20,000 nt of DNA from an uncultured virus (IMG/VR IMGVR_UViG_3300043447_000658) (IMGVR_UViG_3300043447_000658:52795-72794); one strand, 5' to 3'; numbered from the stretch's first letter, positions 9,254 through 19,015 are shown. A program made the numbers and translations. Notes: generated by a model not told the origin, from the sequence alone.

Positions 9254-11083
9254 TTAATATGTAGCCGAAGTTAAAGTTTTTACTCTTACTTTAATATCAC
9301 TTTGTGGGAATCGGATTTGACAAATTTGATTTGATTTCATATATATGGTTGAATCAAATTGTAATATTTCTTTTGTAATATTATCCTTGTAAGCTTGGGA
9401 TATTTCGGCTGATGAATATTTTCCACCGATTTTGTTGAATACTCTAACATCCACGACGTTCACAACCCCAGTTACGTTACCAATTTCTCTCATTAAGTCA
9501 CCAACAAACAACGGGTCACCCATTTTTCTTTTGTCGATAGCGAAGAAGTTTGTTACAGTATTAACAGTTTCTTTTAATACATCACTTTGACTTTCGTTTT
9601 TATTTACCACTAAATCAACCTCTAAACCTAAATCGATAACCTCACCACTCATAATGTCTAAGAAGTCATTTAACATTCTAAATTTAGACAAATAGTTCAA
9701 TACGTTATTCTTAAGTGTGTTAGATACAATATCGGTTAAATTACCTTCACTATCGTATGATAATAATTTAATTCTCACTTTGTTGTCTTCTTCCATCACA
9801 CTAACTTTAGCCGGTGCTCCGTAAGTTGATGGCATCGTTTCAATTAAAGATTTGTAGTCATTTAATGTTACCGCTCTATTTTGTGCTGCAAAGTTATATG
9901 CAACCATATTTCTAATTTCCTCAATAGTCGGTGAATCGGCTCCACCCACTGCAGGTGTTATATTTGTAACTCTTAATGATTGATATACTTGGTCATTTAT
10001 TGTTGAATTTGGACCATTCAATGCAAAATCAATTGTATCTATCGATGTTATCACATTAACCCCGAGATTTGATTCTTTACCACCACCTATACGATATTTG
10101 ATGAATAATGTGGTATTTGCTCTCGGTATGTTACCCAATGAGTTGTTATTAAGGAAAGTTGCAATATTAACTTTCATTGTTCCGTTCATATAGTTATCCA
10201 AATTATCCATTGGGTCTACATTTCCTGAACCGAAAGTAACACTGAAATAACCTTCAGGTGTATACTCAGTAATGAATTTATTATCAACTCTAAGGTAATC
10301 ACCCGATTTAAAATTATCAGTATCTGAAATTGTTGTTGAGTCTTCAATAAAAACTCTATCTTCCATTAATGACTTAACCTCATACCATTTATTCCCGTTT
10401 GTGAATTCATCATATGTAGGATTACTTGCATAGTTTGTTCCTGATTTATGAATCACACTAACAACACCCAATACGTTTTTCTCAGGTAAGTATAATTTTA
10501 AGAATGGTTTTTGGTCAACCTCGTTAATAACTCTTCTATAAATCTTAGTTGTTCCATTTACAACCGCCTCTCTTTTGGTGATTGTATATGATATCAATTT
10601 ACTATTGTTATCAAAATTTGGAATCTTTAATCTATTAGGTTCACCTTTACTATTGAAAGGATTTGAAAAATCGATGTCCTCAAGAGTTTCAAATATCTGT
10701 CCTCCACCCGAAACTTGTGCACCTGCTTTTAAAATACCCTCATATCTTTCATCGTCTTTATCACCCCTAACAGGAACGTTAATTGAGAAGTCACATAATG
10801 CGACTGATGGTCTTAAACCGGGTAGTCTAATACCATAAGTTTTTGCAATATGAAATAATGATTGTCTTTGTTGTGCAAAGTCCAACATCGTTTCCTGCCA
10901 AACTCTATCTATATGGAAATGTAAGTTATCAGCAACCGCAGCATTTAAATCAAGTAATACTGAATAAATTGATGCATCGTTAAAGTTACTTATTAATTCT
11001 GGATAATACTTTTTAGTTAATGAAACTAATTCGTCTCTTAAACCTGCAAAATCTCTTGTTGCGTATGATATTTCTTTTGCCAT
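9254..11083 (-). CDS. Baseplate wedge protein, T4 gp6 / baseplate-J-like (609 aa)
   Basis: N-terminal SY..RDF..LR..L and internal GGAD...EEIR...AQNRAVTLNDY motifs are typical of the gp6/gpJ family; adjacent to the gp25-like gene. Confidence 0.88.
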   Translation of the reverse strand: MAKEISYATRDFAGLRDELVSLTKKYYPELISNFNDASIYSVLLDLNAAVADNLHFHIDRVWQETMLDFAQQRQSLFHIAKTYGIRLPGLRPSVALCDFSINVPVRGDKDDERYEGILKAGAQVSGGGQIFETLEDIDFSNPFNSKGEPNRLKIPNFDNNSKLISYTITKREAVVNGTTKIYRRVINEVDQKPFLKLYLPEKNVLGVVSVIHKSGTNYASNPTYDEFTNGNKWYEVKSLMEDRVFIEDSTTISDTDNFKSGDYLRVDNKFITEYTPEGYFSVTFGSGNVDPMDNLDNYMNGTMKVNIATFLNNNSLGNIPRANTTLFIKYRIGGGKESNLGVNVITSIDTIDFALNGPNSTINDQVYQSLRVTNITPAVGGADSPTIEEIRNMVAYNFAAQNRAVTLNDYKSLIETMPSTYGAPAKVSVMEEDNKVRIKLLSYDSEGNLTDIVSNTLKNNVLNYLSKFRMLNDFLDIMSGEVIDLGLEVDLVVNKNESQSDVLKETVNTVTNFFAIDKRKMGDPLFVGDLMREIGNVTGVVNVVDVRVFNKIGGKYSSAEISQAYKDNITKEILQFDSTIYMKSNQICQIRFPQSDIKVRVKTLTSATY

Positions 11084-11084
11084 T

Positions 11085-11540
11085 TTATATGTTAATAATT
11101 ATAAAGTCTGATACTGAAAATGCTCCGTTATTTACTGTATAATCAAGTTTAACTTTAGCCGTATAAGGTTTACTCGAATAATCAGAAACCCTAAACAATC
11201 TTTCGTCTTCGTCTTGTGTATACGTTTTTGTTTCATCAGGGTCATTTTCCGCTGACATTATGTTTAAAGATTTGATTTCTACATTTGGTATAAATTTTCT
11301 TATACCCTCACGAATCTCCTCCTCAATATGATTGAATGTTACCACATCATTTTGTTCAAATATGTATTCATATAACCTTGTCCCAAAGTCAGGTAAGTAA
11401 TATCTCGTACCCTTTCTTGTTAAAAGTAGGTGTATGAGATTAGCTCTTACTTCTCTTTGTGGAGACTCGGTAGTTTTTAAGTAATCTCCGTATCTACTAT
11501 CTCTAAATGGATAGTCAATTCCATATGATATTAACGCCAT
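11085..11540 (-). CDS. Baseplate protein, T4 gp25 / gpW-like (151 aa)
   Basis: gp25-family signature GIDYPF...NLIHLLLTRKGTRYYLPDFGTRLYEYIFE. Confidence 0.9.
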   Translation of the reverse strand: MALISYGIDYPFRDSRYGDYLKTTESPQREVRANLIHLLLTRKGTRYYLPDFGTRLYEYIFEQNDVVTFNHIEEEIREGIRKFIPNVEIKSLNIMSAENDPDETKTYTQDEDERLFRVSDYSSKPYTAKVKLDYTVNNGAFSVSDFIIINI

Positions 11541-11544
11541 ATCA

Positions 11545-11551
11545 ATAAATA
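11545..11551 (-). promoter_or_regulatory. Candidate late-promoter motif TATTTAT
   Basis: Minus strand reads TATATTTATTGAT-ATG. It lies just downstream of a strong terminator, where the structural operon would need its own promoter. Confidence 0.45.
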
Positions 11552-11571
11552 TAAACTAAACTAAAATGGGA

Positions 11572-11602
11572 ATAAATAAAAAACCCAACCGAAGTTGGGT
11601 TT
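11572..11602 (-). terminator. Intrinsic terminator ending the replication/nrd operon
   Basis: Minus strand AAACCCAAC-TTCG-GTTGGGTTT-TTTATTTAT: perfect 9-bp stem, C(UUCG)G tetraloop and U-rich tail. Confidence 0.9.
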
Positions 11603-11607
11603 AATAT

Positions 11608-11697
11608 GGTGTCTTGATATTCACCCCCTGTATTCTCGAGACCTGGAAACTCAAGGTACGCCTTGACGACATTAGTACTTTGAGGGAGCCTCCCATT
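11608..11697. ncRNA. Putative structured non-coding RNA/DNA element of unknown class
   Basis: About 49% GC (44/90 by hand) against very AT-rich spacers elsewhere. Stems GTCTTGA/TCGAGAC (11611-17/11636-42) and CTCAAGGTAC/GTACTTTGAG (11650-59/11675-84); alternative hairpin TCAAGG-TACG-CCTTGA; possible loop-bulge pseudoknot. Confidence 0.55.
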
Positions 11698-11701
11698 ATC
11701 T

Positions 11702-14128
11702 TTATGAACCACAACCCTCACACTCAAATGGTGAGTCGGTTGGTTTCATACTTAAAGCAGTTTCATTTTGTTCAAACAAAATCGACTTAGTCGGTAATTC
11801 AACATTTTGTGTGTTAGCTGATGTCGTTTCCACTTTTTGTGGTGCTGACATTTCCACACCCAAAGTTTTAATTGCATCAACCGCCGCTCTTGTTCTTAGA
11901 TAGTACATACCCGTTTTTAAACCTGATTTCCATCCAAAGATATGTGCTGCCAATAATTTTGGTTTGGTTACATTATCTATAAACAAGTTTAATGACTGAG
12001 ATTGGTCGATGAAAATAGACCTGTTTGCTGCCATTTGTAAAATTCTCTTTTGAGACATTTCCCAAACCGTCTTATAAACTTCTTTTAACTCTGTAGGTAT
12101 TTCAGGTATGTTTTGTACTGAACCATTTTCAAAAATTAATTTGTTCTTGATTGTATCATTCCACATACCAACTTTTAAAAGGTCATTTACTAAATGTTTG
12201 TTGATTACTACGAATTCACCACCTAATGTTCTTCTAAGATATAGGTTGGTTGTGAATGGTTCAAACGCTTCGTTATTACCCAAAATTTGTGCGGTAGATG
12301 CTGTTGGCATCGGTGCAACTAATAATGAGTTTCTAACACCATAGTTTACCACTTCTTTTCTTAGAGACTTCCAATCCCAACGACCTGATAAATCTTTATC
12401 TGTTTTGTCCCACATTTGGAATTGGAATTTACCTTTCTCAATTGGTGAACCAACAATAGATTCATAAGGACCTAACACTTTAGATAAATCTTTTGAAGAT
12501 GTAAGTGCCGCAAAATAAATTGTTTCAAAGATTTCTGTTTGTAATTTATCCGCTTCCTCACTTTCAAAAGGAATACTTAATAGACAAAATACATCAGCCA
12601 ATCCCTGAACCCCCAAACCAACAGGACGATGTTTGAAATTTGAACGTTTTGTTTCTTCGGTTGGGTAAAAATTTAAATCGATTACGTTATTCAAGTTCTT
12701 TACGACTTGGTAGGTATATTCATACAATAGTTCGTGATTAAACTCACCATTGATAATATACTTAGGTAATGCGATTGATGCCAAATTACAAACCGCTTGT
12801 TCTGTTGGAGAGGAGTACTCAAGTATTTCGGTACATAAGTTTGATGACTTAATTGTGCCTAAGTTCTTTTGATTTGATTTATAGTTTGCAGGGTCCTTAT
12901 ACAACATATAAGGTGTACCTGTTTCAATTTGTGCAGTTAAAATAGCGTCCATTAACTTTCTTGCTTTAACCACTTTTCTTGCCTTTCCTTCTTGTTCATA
13001 TTGTTCATATAAACGAGTAAATGCTTTGTCTTCAGGACTATCATAAGCATCTGATAAACCCGGTGCTTCGTCAGGAGAAAATAGTGACCAATCACCATCA
13101 CTCTCAACACGTTGCATAAACAAATCAGGTGTCCACATAGCCAAGAATAAATCTCTAGCCCTCATTTCTTCCTTACCGTGATTCTTTCTTAAATCGATAA
13201 AATCGAAAACATCAGAATGCCAAGGTTCCAAATATATTGCAAATGAACCTTTACGTTTACCTCCTTGGTTTATCCAACGGGCAACTTCATTGTATGTTTT
13301 CATCATTGGAATTAAACCGTCAGATTCTCCGCCTGTTCCTTTAATATATGAACCTTTAGCACGAACATCGTGTACGTGTAATCCAATACCACCAGCCCAC
13401 TTAGAAATCTTTGCAACGTCTTTGATAGTATCAAACAATCCATCAATATCATCACCTTTGTTACCAATTAAAAAACAAGATGACATTTGTGGTCTACGTG
13501 TACCAGCATTAAATAATGTAGGTGTTGCGTGAGTATAAAAGTGTTGTGACAAGTCATCATAAATTCTTAACGCCATTTGTACATCACCTTTACAAATACC
13601 AACGGCAACCCTCATATACATATACTGAGGTCTTTCTACAATTCTGTCACCAATTTTCAACAAGTACGAACGTTCTAAAGTTTTGAATCCGAAATAATCG
13701 AAATCCAAATCTCTATCCATATTAACCGCACTATCAATAACTTCTCTATTTTCCATTACAAAACTATGAACATCGTCAGAAATCAATGTTGACTCTTTAC
13801 CTGTCTTAGGTTCAATAAAAGAATGTAGTTCTTTGATACATTGTGAAAACTTTCTTGGTGTTGATTTATGTAAATTAGACACCGCTATTCTACCCGCTAA
13901 CTTAGCATAATCAGGGTGAGTTGTAGTCATCTGTGCAGCGGTTTCTGCTGCCAATTTATCCAATTCGATTGTTGATATCCCGTCATAAATTCCTTGAGTT
14001 ACCTTTAAAGTAATATATGTTGGGTCAACGTATTCCATATTTAAATCGTGACATAAAGCACTAATACGTTTAGTGATTTTGTCATATCTCATTTCTTCTA
14101 ATTCACCGTTCCTCTTTTTAACTTTCAT
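11702..14128 (-). CDS. nrdA: Ribonucleoside-diphosphate reductase class Ia, alpha subunit, with N-terminal ATP cone
   Basis: MKVKKRNG ATP cone; ATPTLFNAG, SSCF, SNLCTEI (thiyl Cys), VCNLAS, APMPTAST, GMYYLR; C-terminal CEGC redox pair. Confidence 0.98.
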   Translation of the reverse strand: MKVKKRNGELEEMRYDKITKRISALCHDLNMEYVDPTYITLKVTQGIYDGISTIELDKLAAETAAQMTTTHPDYAKLAGRIAVSNLHKSTPRKFSQCIKELHSFIEPKTGKESTLISDDVHSFVMENREVIDSAVNMDRDLDFDYFGFKTLERSYLLKIGDRIVERPQYMYMRVAVGICKGDVQMALRIYDDLSQHFYTHATPTLFNAGTRRPQMSSCFLIGNKGDDIDGLFDTIKDVAKISKWAGGIGLHVHDVRAKGSYIKGTGGESDGLIPMMKTYNEVARWINQGGKRKGSFAIYLEPWHSDVFDFIDLRKNHGKEEMRARDLFLAMWTPDLFMQRVESDGDWSLFSPDEAPGLSDAYDSPEDKAFTRLYEQYEQEGKARKVVKARKLMDAILTAQIETGTPYMLYKDPANYKSNQKNLGTIKSSNLCTEILEYSSPTEQAVCNLASIALPKYIINGEFNHELLYEYTYQVVKNLNNVIDLNFYPTEETKRSNFKHRPVGLGVQGLADVFCLLSIPFESEEADKLQTEIFETIYFAALTSSKDLSKVLGPYESIVGSPIEKGKFQFQMWDKTDKDLSGRWDWKSLRKEVVNYGVRNSLLVAPMPTASTAQILGNNEAFEPFTTNLYLRRTLGGEFVVINKHLVNDLLKVGMWNDTIKNKLIFENGSVQNIPEIPTELKEVYKTVWEMSQKRILQMAANRSIFIDQSQSLNLFIDNVTKPKLLAAHIFGWKSGLKTGMYYLRTRAAVDAIKTLGVEMSAPQKVETTSANTQNVELPTKSILFEQNETALSMKPTDSPFECEGCGS

Positions 14129-14149
14129 TTTATATAAAAACTTTTAATT

Positions 14150-15124
14150 TTAAAAATCCATATCAGAAAACGCACTATCAAGTTCTTCGTCTGATTTATT
14201 ATGTACCCCTGCTTTTTGATATTCAGCAACTCTTTTCTCAAAGAAATTTGTTTTTCCTTGGATTGCAATGTTCTCCATAAAATCAAAAGGATTTGTGGTA
14301 TTGTAAACCTTAGAACATCCTAAAGCAACTAACAATCTATCCGTTACGAACTCAAGGTATTGAGCCATCAAATCAGAATTCATACCAATTAAACGAACTG
14401 GCAATGCTTCAAGGATAAATTCTTTTTCAATTTCTAATGCCCCACAGATAATATCTTTAATCTTCTTTTCAGATAATTTATTTTCAATATGGTTATTGTA
14501 AAGATGACAAGCATAATCACAGTGCATACCCTCATCACGAGAAATTAATTCGTTTGAAAAGGTAAGACCTGGCATTAAACCTCTCTTCTTTAACCAAAAT
14601 AATGAACAGAATGAACCTGAGAAGAAAATACCTTCAACAGCCGCAAATGCAATTAATCTTTCAACGAATGTACCGTTGTCAATATAGTTCATTGCCCACT
14701 TTGCTTTCTTTTGAATAGCAGGGACAGTCTCAATTGCATTAAATAATTTATTCTGTTCTTCTTTGTCTTTAATATATGTGTCAATCAACAATGAATACGT
14801 TTCACTATGAATGTTCTCCATCATAATTTGAAAACCATAAAAGAATTTAGCCTCAGTGTATTGAACAGAATTAACAAAATTCGTTGCAATGTTTTCATTA
14901 ACAATCCCATCAGACGCCGCAAAGAATGCCAATACGTGTTTGACAAAATGTTGTTCGTCATTGTTCAATTTATTTTCCCAATCTGAGATATCCTGTGATA
15001 AGTCGATTTCTTCAGCGGTCCAAAAACACGCTTCTTGTTGTTTATAAAGTTTCCATAAATCGTGATGTTCGATTGGAAAAAGGACAAATCGTCCAGGATT
15101 TTCTTGCAAAATCTTTTCAGTCAT
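14150..15124 (-). CDS. nrdB: Ribonucleoside-diphosphate reductase class Ia, beta subunit
   Basis: [26 protein letters not shown] (radical Tyr), [26 protein letters not shown]. Confidence 0.98.
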   Translation of the reverse strand: MTEKILQENPGRFVLFPIEHHDLWKLYKQQEACFWTAEEIDLSQDISDWENKLNNDEQHFVKHVLAFFAASDGIVNENIATNFVNSVQYTEAKFFYGFQIMMENIHSETYSLLIDTYIKDKEEQNKLFNAIETVPAIQKKAKWAMNYIDNGTFVERLIAFAAVEGIFFSGSFCSLFWLKKRGLMPGLTFSNELISRDEGMHCDYACHLYNNHIENKLSEKKIKDIICGALEIEKEFILEALPVRLIGMNSDLMAQYLEFVTDRLLVALGCSKVYNTTNPFDFMENIAIQGKTNFFEKRVAEYQKAGVHNKSDEELDSAFSDMDF

Positions 15125-15141
15125 CGTTTTAGTTTTTTTGA

Positions 15142-16527
15142 TTAATTAATTAATATTTGTTTTTTTTCTTGGGTCTTCTTGTACACCTCTGCAGCTCTGT
15201 TAGCTCTCTCCTGTGTTTTTTGTTCTTCGAATCCAAGTAGGGTATTTTGACTATCTGTGTCAATGATTAACATTTCATTGTTAAATGTGCAGTTTTGGAA
15301 TATAACACCATCTCTACCAATACGAGATTTCAATAATGTCATAGTTGCTAAGTTGTGTTCTTTTTGTTCCATCGTTTTACCAACTGACATTACTACGTGT
15401 CCAATTTGTGCTTTTTTAATTGAACCACCCATTTGGTCTGTAGTTACAACTTCTGACGAAATTGAGTCTCTATTACCTTGTGTTGCGGTCCAAATGGCAA
15501 TATTAAATTCCGATGTCATCGCCTCTAAACTTCTCATAATTGAACCTTCACCTTTCCATTCTTCACCAAAGGTAGACCTTTCTGGTGAAATACAATCAAC
15601 ATAGTCAATTAGTAACACATCGACAACAAATCCCTCAGAATGTAATTTTCTAATTTTAGATTTGATTTCAGAAATTGTAACTGAATCACTCGGCATCTTC
15701 AAAAGTTTTAACTTACCTTTTGAATTAGCTTCCATTTCTTTAACCTTCTCAATTACTTCTTCTTTTCGTTCGATTTGGTCATCAGGTGCGATTCCACTCC
15801 AAATTGTGTAATGCTTTCTTAAGATGTTAGTAACATTATCTTCAAAGAATATTTGAAGTACGTTTTTACCATCAGCGTGTGCACTATTTGCAATCTTAGT
15901 AAGTAATGTAGTTTTACCCGTTCCTGTAGGTGCCAATACAACGCCTAACTCACCGATACCAAGACCCCCCTTCAATAGATTGTCAATACCCACAATTCCC
16001 AATGGAATTGGTACTCTTGAGTCTTTTTCTAAAGCCGCGGATGGGTTTTCAAACACGTCTCTGATATCGTCTGATGTTGCACCTACTTGTAATGCCTTTT
16101 GAATTATCTGTTCAATCTTTCTATATTCTTCGAAATCACCATTTTCTATAATCTTCTCAACAGTCTTAAGTTCTTTCTTTAATACCTGTTGTTTACAGAA
16201 ATTCATTGCGGTGTCCATAATCCAAGACTCATTAGTTAAGTCGTGTTCTTGGACTCCTTTCAAGGTGTCCATATGGATTGAAGATGTGGTGTCTTTGTTA
16301 TTCTCAACTAAGATTTTCTGAGCTAACGTTTCATAAGACGGCATCTCGCCATATGTGCCATACAATTCTTTAATATTTTCAATAATATATCTGAAATATG
16401 GACCATCAAAGTACTTACTTTCAATTACATCGACAATAGTGACTGCAAATTTTTTGTTTTCTATTATTACCTTAATTAAGGATTTTTGGAAATTCTGACC
16501 AAGTTGACCAAAGTTTTTTTCACTCAT
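15142..16527 (-). CDS. dnaB: Replicative DNA helicase, SF4 DnaB / T4 gp41-like
   Basis: Walker A APTGTGKT, Walker B LLIDYVD, WTATQ motif and KSRIG arginine-finger region. Confidence 0.92.
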   Translation of the reverse strand: MSEKNFGQLGQNFQKSLIKVIIENKKFAVTIVDVIESKYFDGPYFRYIIENIKELYGTYGEMPSYETLAQKILVENNKDTTSSIHMDTLKGVQEHDLTNESWIMDTAMNFCKQQVLKKELKTVEKIIENGDFEEYRKIEQIIQKALQVGATSDDIRDVFENPSAALEKDSRVPIPLGIVGIDNLLKGGLGIGELGVVLAPTGTGKTTLLTKIANSAHADGKNVLQIFFEDNVTNILRKHYTIWSGIAPDDQIERKEEVIEKVKEMEANSKGKLKLLKMPSDSVTISEIKSKIRKLHSEGFVVDVLLIDYVDCISPERSTFGEEWKGEGSIMRSLEAMTSEFNIAIWTATQGNRDSISSEVVTTDQMGGSIKKAQIGHVVMSVGKTMEQKEHNLATMTLLKSRIGRDGVIFQNCTFNNEMLIIDTDSQNTLLGFEEQKTQERANRAAEVYKKTQEKKQILIN

Positions 16528-16559
16528 TAGATGTATATGTTTATATATTAAAAATATTA

Positions 16560-17003
16560 TTAAAGTTCATAACCCAAATAGGTAGTTTCAAGTTCATAAT
16601 CTGACAAAACATCAGTTAACTCTGACAAAATTTTCCTAACTTTAGGTCTAACATCAACCGCGTATCTAGCCTTTGGGTGGTAAACGTGTGCGGGAAATAT
16701 TCTTGAAATAAATACATCGTCATTTAACTTAACTTCCAATAAAAAGTACTCTTCTTTTTGTGGTTCGTTATCTTCCACATTCTCGTTAGACAAGAAATAA
16801 TTTTGATTTTCACACATATAATCGGAACTTTTCATTTTCAAATCTTCAGCAATTTCGTCACAAATATTTTTCACTGTGTAGTGTAAATCTAGTGACCTTC
16901 TAGCCTGTGGATTATATCCCTTTACGTTAAAGAATCTTTGGATAATGAAATTACCTTCAAGGGTTAGAAGGAATTCAAATTTTGTTACGTCTTGATTGTT
17001 CAT
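16560..17003 (-). CDS. Hypothetical protein in the replication operon (147 aa)
   Basis: ATGA overlap with the exonuclease stop codon; fills the gap to the helicase gene. Confidence 0.8.
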   Translation of the reverse strand: MNNQDVTKFEFLLTLEGNFIIQRFFNVKGYNPQARRSLDLHYTVKNICDEIAEDLKMKSSDYMCENQNYFLSNENVEDNEPQKEEYFLLEVKLNDDVFISRIFPAHVYHPKARYAVDVRPKVRKILSELTDVLSDYELETTYLGYEL

Positions 17004-18022
17004 TGTTTATTTTTTTTTAATTTAAAAATGTGTTTATTTTTTTCTTTTCTGGTTAATCTTAGGAATGGATTTAAAAATACTATCCATTTATCATCTGATT
17101 TAGGTAATAGGAGGAATATCCCGTCCTCCATCATCATTTTCATTGTGTTTTTATATGACCTCCCCTCAGTGTCCAAATTTTCATTTATTAATTGAGTGAC
17201 CTGTGATTTAGCTTCATCATCTAAAAATGGAACATCTAAATTCACTATCCTATCATTGATGTCAAAAAATTCTTCACCGAATACACCATATTTGGTGACG
17301 CCAGTTAATAGGTTTCTAACCAACCAATTATTTTTATCTTGTTCAAATAATAGGTTACCTTTTTCTTTAATTTCTGAAAGTGTGAGGGGTGAATGTTTTA
17401 TCTCAGGAAAAAGAGATATGAGTCTTTTAATTCCCATATTCTTTATCCCTGAAATATTGTCTGAAGGGTCACCACATAAAATTTTAATTAATTTTACATT
17501 TTCAATTAAAATTGTTTCGTGGTCGTATTCAATTGTATCCTTTGGTTTGTATAACTTACCGTGTGAAGGATTAAATAATTGAGTGTGTTCATTAACAAGT
17601 TGTGCTAAATCTCTGTCTGAAGAATAAATAATCTTTTTTTCATTAGGGGAGTTTTGAACATAGTATGCAATACAATCATCAGTTTCACAATTTTTGTACT
17701 CACCTTGTCTAACGTAAAGTTCTTCAAGGTATTGTTTTATTCTTGTTCTTTGATAATTGTAATTATCAATCTCCTCTTCGGTCCTTATTCTACTTCGTCT
17801 ATTCTCTTTATATTGATGATATATTTGTTTTCTTAGGATTGCAGAATTTTCTCCGTCCCAAAAAACTACAATTTTATCTAATTGATATATCTCAAACGCT
17901 CTTCTAAGAGTATTGATAAAATGATAAATTCCTCCAATATGTTTGCCCTTATAGTAATGGTTTTTGAGACCATAGAAACCAATCGTAAGTAAATTATCTC
18001 CATCAACAAGTAAAACGGACAT
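17000..18022 (-). CDS. 5'-3' exonuclease / flap endonuclease (T4 RNase H, PolA N-terminal-like)
   Basis: LLVDGDN, FWDG, YKENR, ETDD, SSDRDL and the GDPSDNISGIKNMG helix-3-turn-helix motif. Confidence 0.92.
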   Translation of the reverse strand: MSVLLVDGDNLLTIGFYGLKNHYYKGKHIGGIYHFINTLRRAFEIYQLDKIVVFWDGENSAILRKQIYHQYKENRRSRIRTEEEIDNYNYQRTRIKQYLEELYVRQGEYKNCETDDCIAYYVQNSPNEKKIIYSSDRDLAQLVNEHTQLFNPSHGKLYKPKDTIEYDHETILIENVKLIKILCGDPSDNISGIKNMGIKRLISLFPEIKHSPLTLSEIKEKGNLLFEQDKNNWLVRNLLTGVTKYGVFGEEFFDINDRIVNLDVPFLDDEAKSQVTQLINENLDTEGRSYKNTMKMMMEDGIFLLLPKSDDKWIVFLNPFLRLTRKEKNKHIFKLKKNKQ

Positions 18023-18040
18023 TTAAATTTTTATTATAGA

Positions 18041-19015
18041 TTACTCTTCTTCTGTTACAACTTGTACGTCTGCGATGTCTGTAACGTTAACACCTAATTG
18101 TTTACCGATATACTCACTATTGTCTCGTTTGTATTCTTCGATAGAACGTTTTTCTTCAGTATCGTCTTTACCGTGCATAAATCCTTGTGGAGTTACCAAG
18201 ATACGACCATCCTCATATCCACCACCATTGATATGGTTCTTACTAATAGAGATTTTAGTACGTGTTGCGATTCTGATTTTTCTCTTATCTTTAGTGATAG
18301 AGATTTTAGTAGTTCCCGCACCTTTTTGGTTACCAAATAAGAATACCAATGATGAGTTTAACCAAATGGCTTCTCCACCTTTAGCTTTGATTTTTGGTTG
18401 TCCAAAAGGATTATCAGGTAATTCTACCCAAGGTTGGTTAACAATAACCAATGTACTTGTGTAAGGTTTGTCTGTTCTTCTTGAACCTGCAATACGTTGG
18501 TTGATTCCCATACCAATCTTATCAGCTAAAACTGATGCATTGTGTTGTTTACCACCTTTACCATCAAAGGTCATTTTACAAGGAACTGAACCTACTGAAT
18601 CCCAAAGGAATAATAAGTCGTGTGGAATATCTCCTTTTTGTTGTGCATCTAATAAGTCGTTGATGTACTCAGTAATTTGTTCGATGTATTCGAAATCACT
18701 ATTAAAAAGATAATCACCTTCTTTATCAAATCCCATTAACTCCGCGTGTTCCCAACTCCATTTCTGTTCAGTAATGATGAACACAGGAATGATTCCTTTC
18801 TTTTGAGCGTCGACCGCAGTCTTTACTAATGCGGTTGTTTTACCAGTATCACTATGTCCTAATAACATATTGATGTGACCCATTGCAGGACCCGGTAAAC
18901 CTGTTGCTTCCAAGAAGGCATCGCCCAAATCGAAGAAACGGTCTGGTTTGTATTCGGCTTCTTTCGAGAATTTCTTCTTGATTGCCGAAAAATCTGTTTT
19001 TTTAATACCTGCCAT
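18041..19015 (-). CDS. uvsX: RecA/UvsX-like recombinase
   Basis: Walker A GHSDTGKT, Walker B LFLWDSVG, IVNQ, GGEA and KNH motifs. Confidence 0.92.
   Translation of the reverse strand: MAGIKKTDFSAIKKKFSKEAEYKPDRFFDLGDAFLEATGLPGPAMGHINMLLGHSDTGKTTALVKTAVDAQKKGIIPVFIITEQKWSWEHAELMGFDKEGDYLFNSDFEYIEQITEYINDLLDAQQKGDIPHDLLFLWDSVGSVPCKMTFDGKGGKQHNASVLADKIGMGINQRIAGSRRTDKPYTSTLVIVNQPWVELPDNPFGQPKIKAKGGEAIWLNSSLVFLFGNQKGAGTTKISITKDKRKIRIATRTKISISKNHINGGGYEDGRILVTPQGFMHGKDDTEEKRSIEEYKRDNSEYIGKQLGVNVTDIADVQVVTEEE

Noticed and set aside
11603..11697. tRNA, hammerhead, HDV-like or cobalamin-riboswitch identity for the structured element (minus strand has ...ACACCA; plus strand has GAAAC, TTGACGA and GAGACCTG)
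   Set aside because: No acceptor stem or T-loop. The hammerhead core fragments lack a stem I, the HDV nested topology cannot be built, and the B12-box fragments are incomplete and lie downstream rather than upstream of the nrd genes.
11542..11727. 61-aa minus-strand ORF overlapping the nrdA 3' end, or an nrdA read-through/frameshift extension stimulated by the downstream structure
   Set aside because: It runs through the structured element and the terminator and looks non-coding. In-frame read-through hits a second stop at once (TAA AGA TAA), no slippery site is evident, and NrdA already ends in its normal CxxC tail.
11702..19015. Inteins, introns or homing endonucleases in nrdA, nrdB, helicase or recombinase
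   Set aside because: Protein lengths are ordinary, conserved motifs are contiguous, and no splice-junction or endonuclease motifs were seen.
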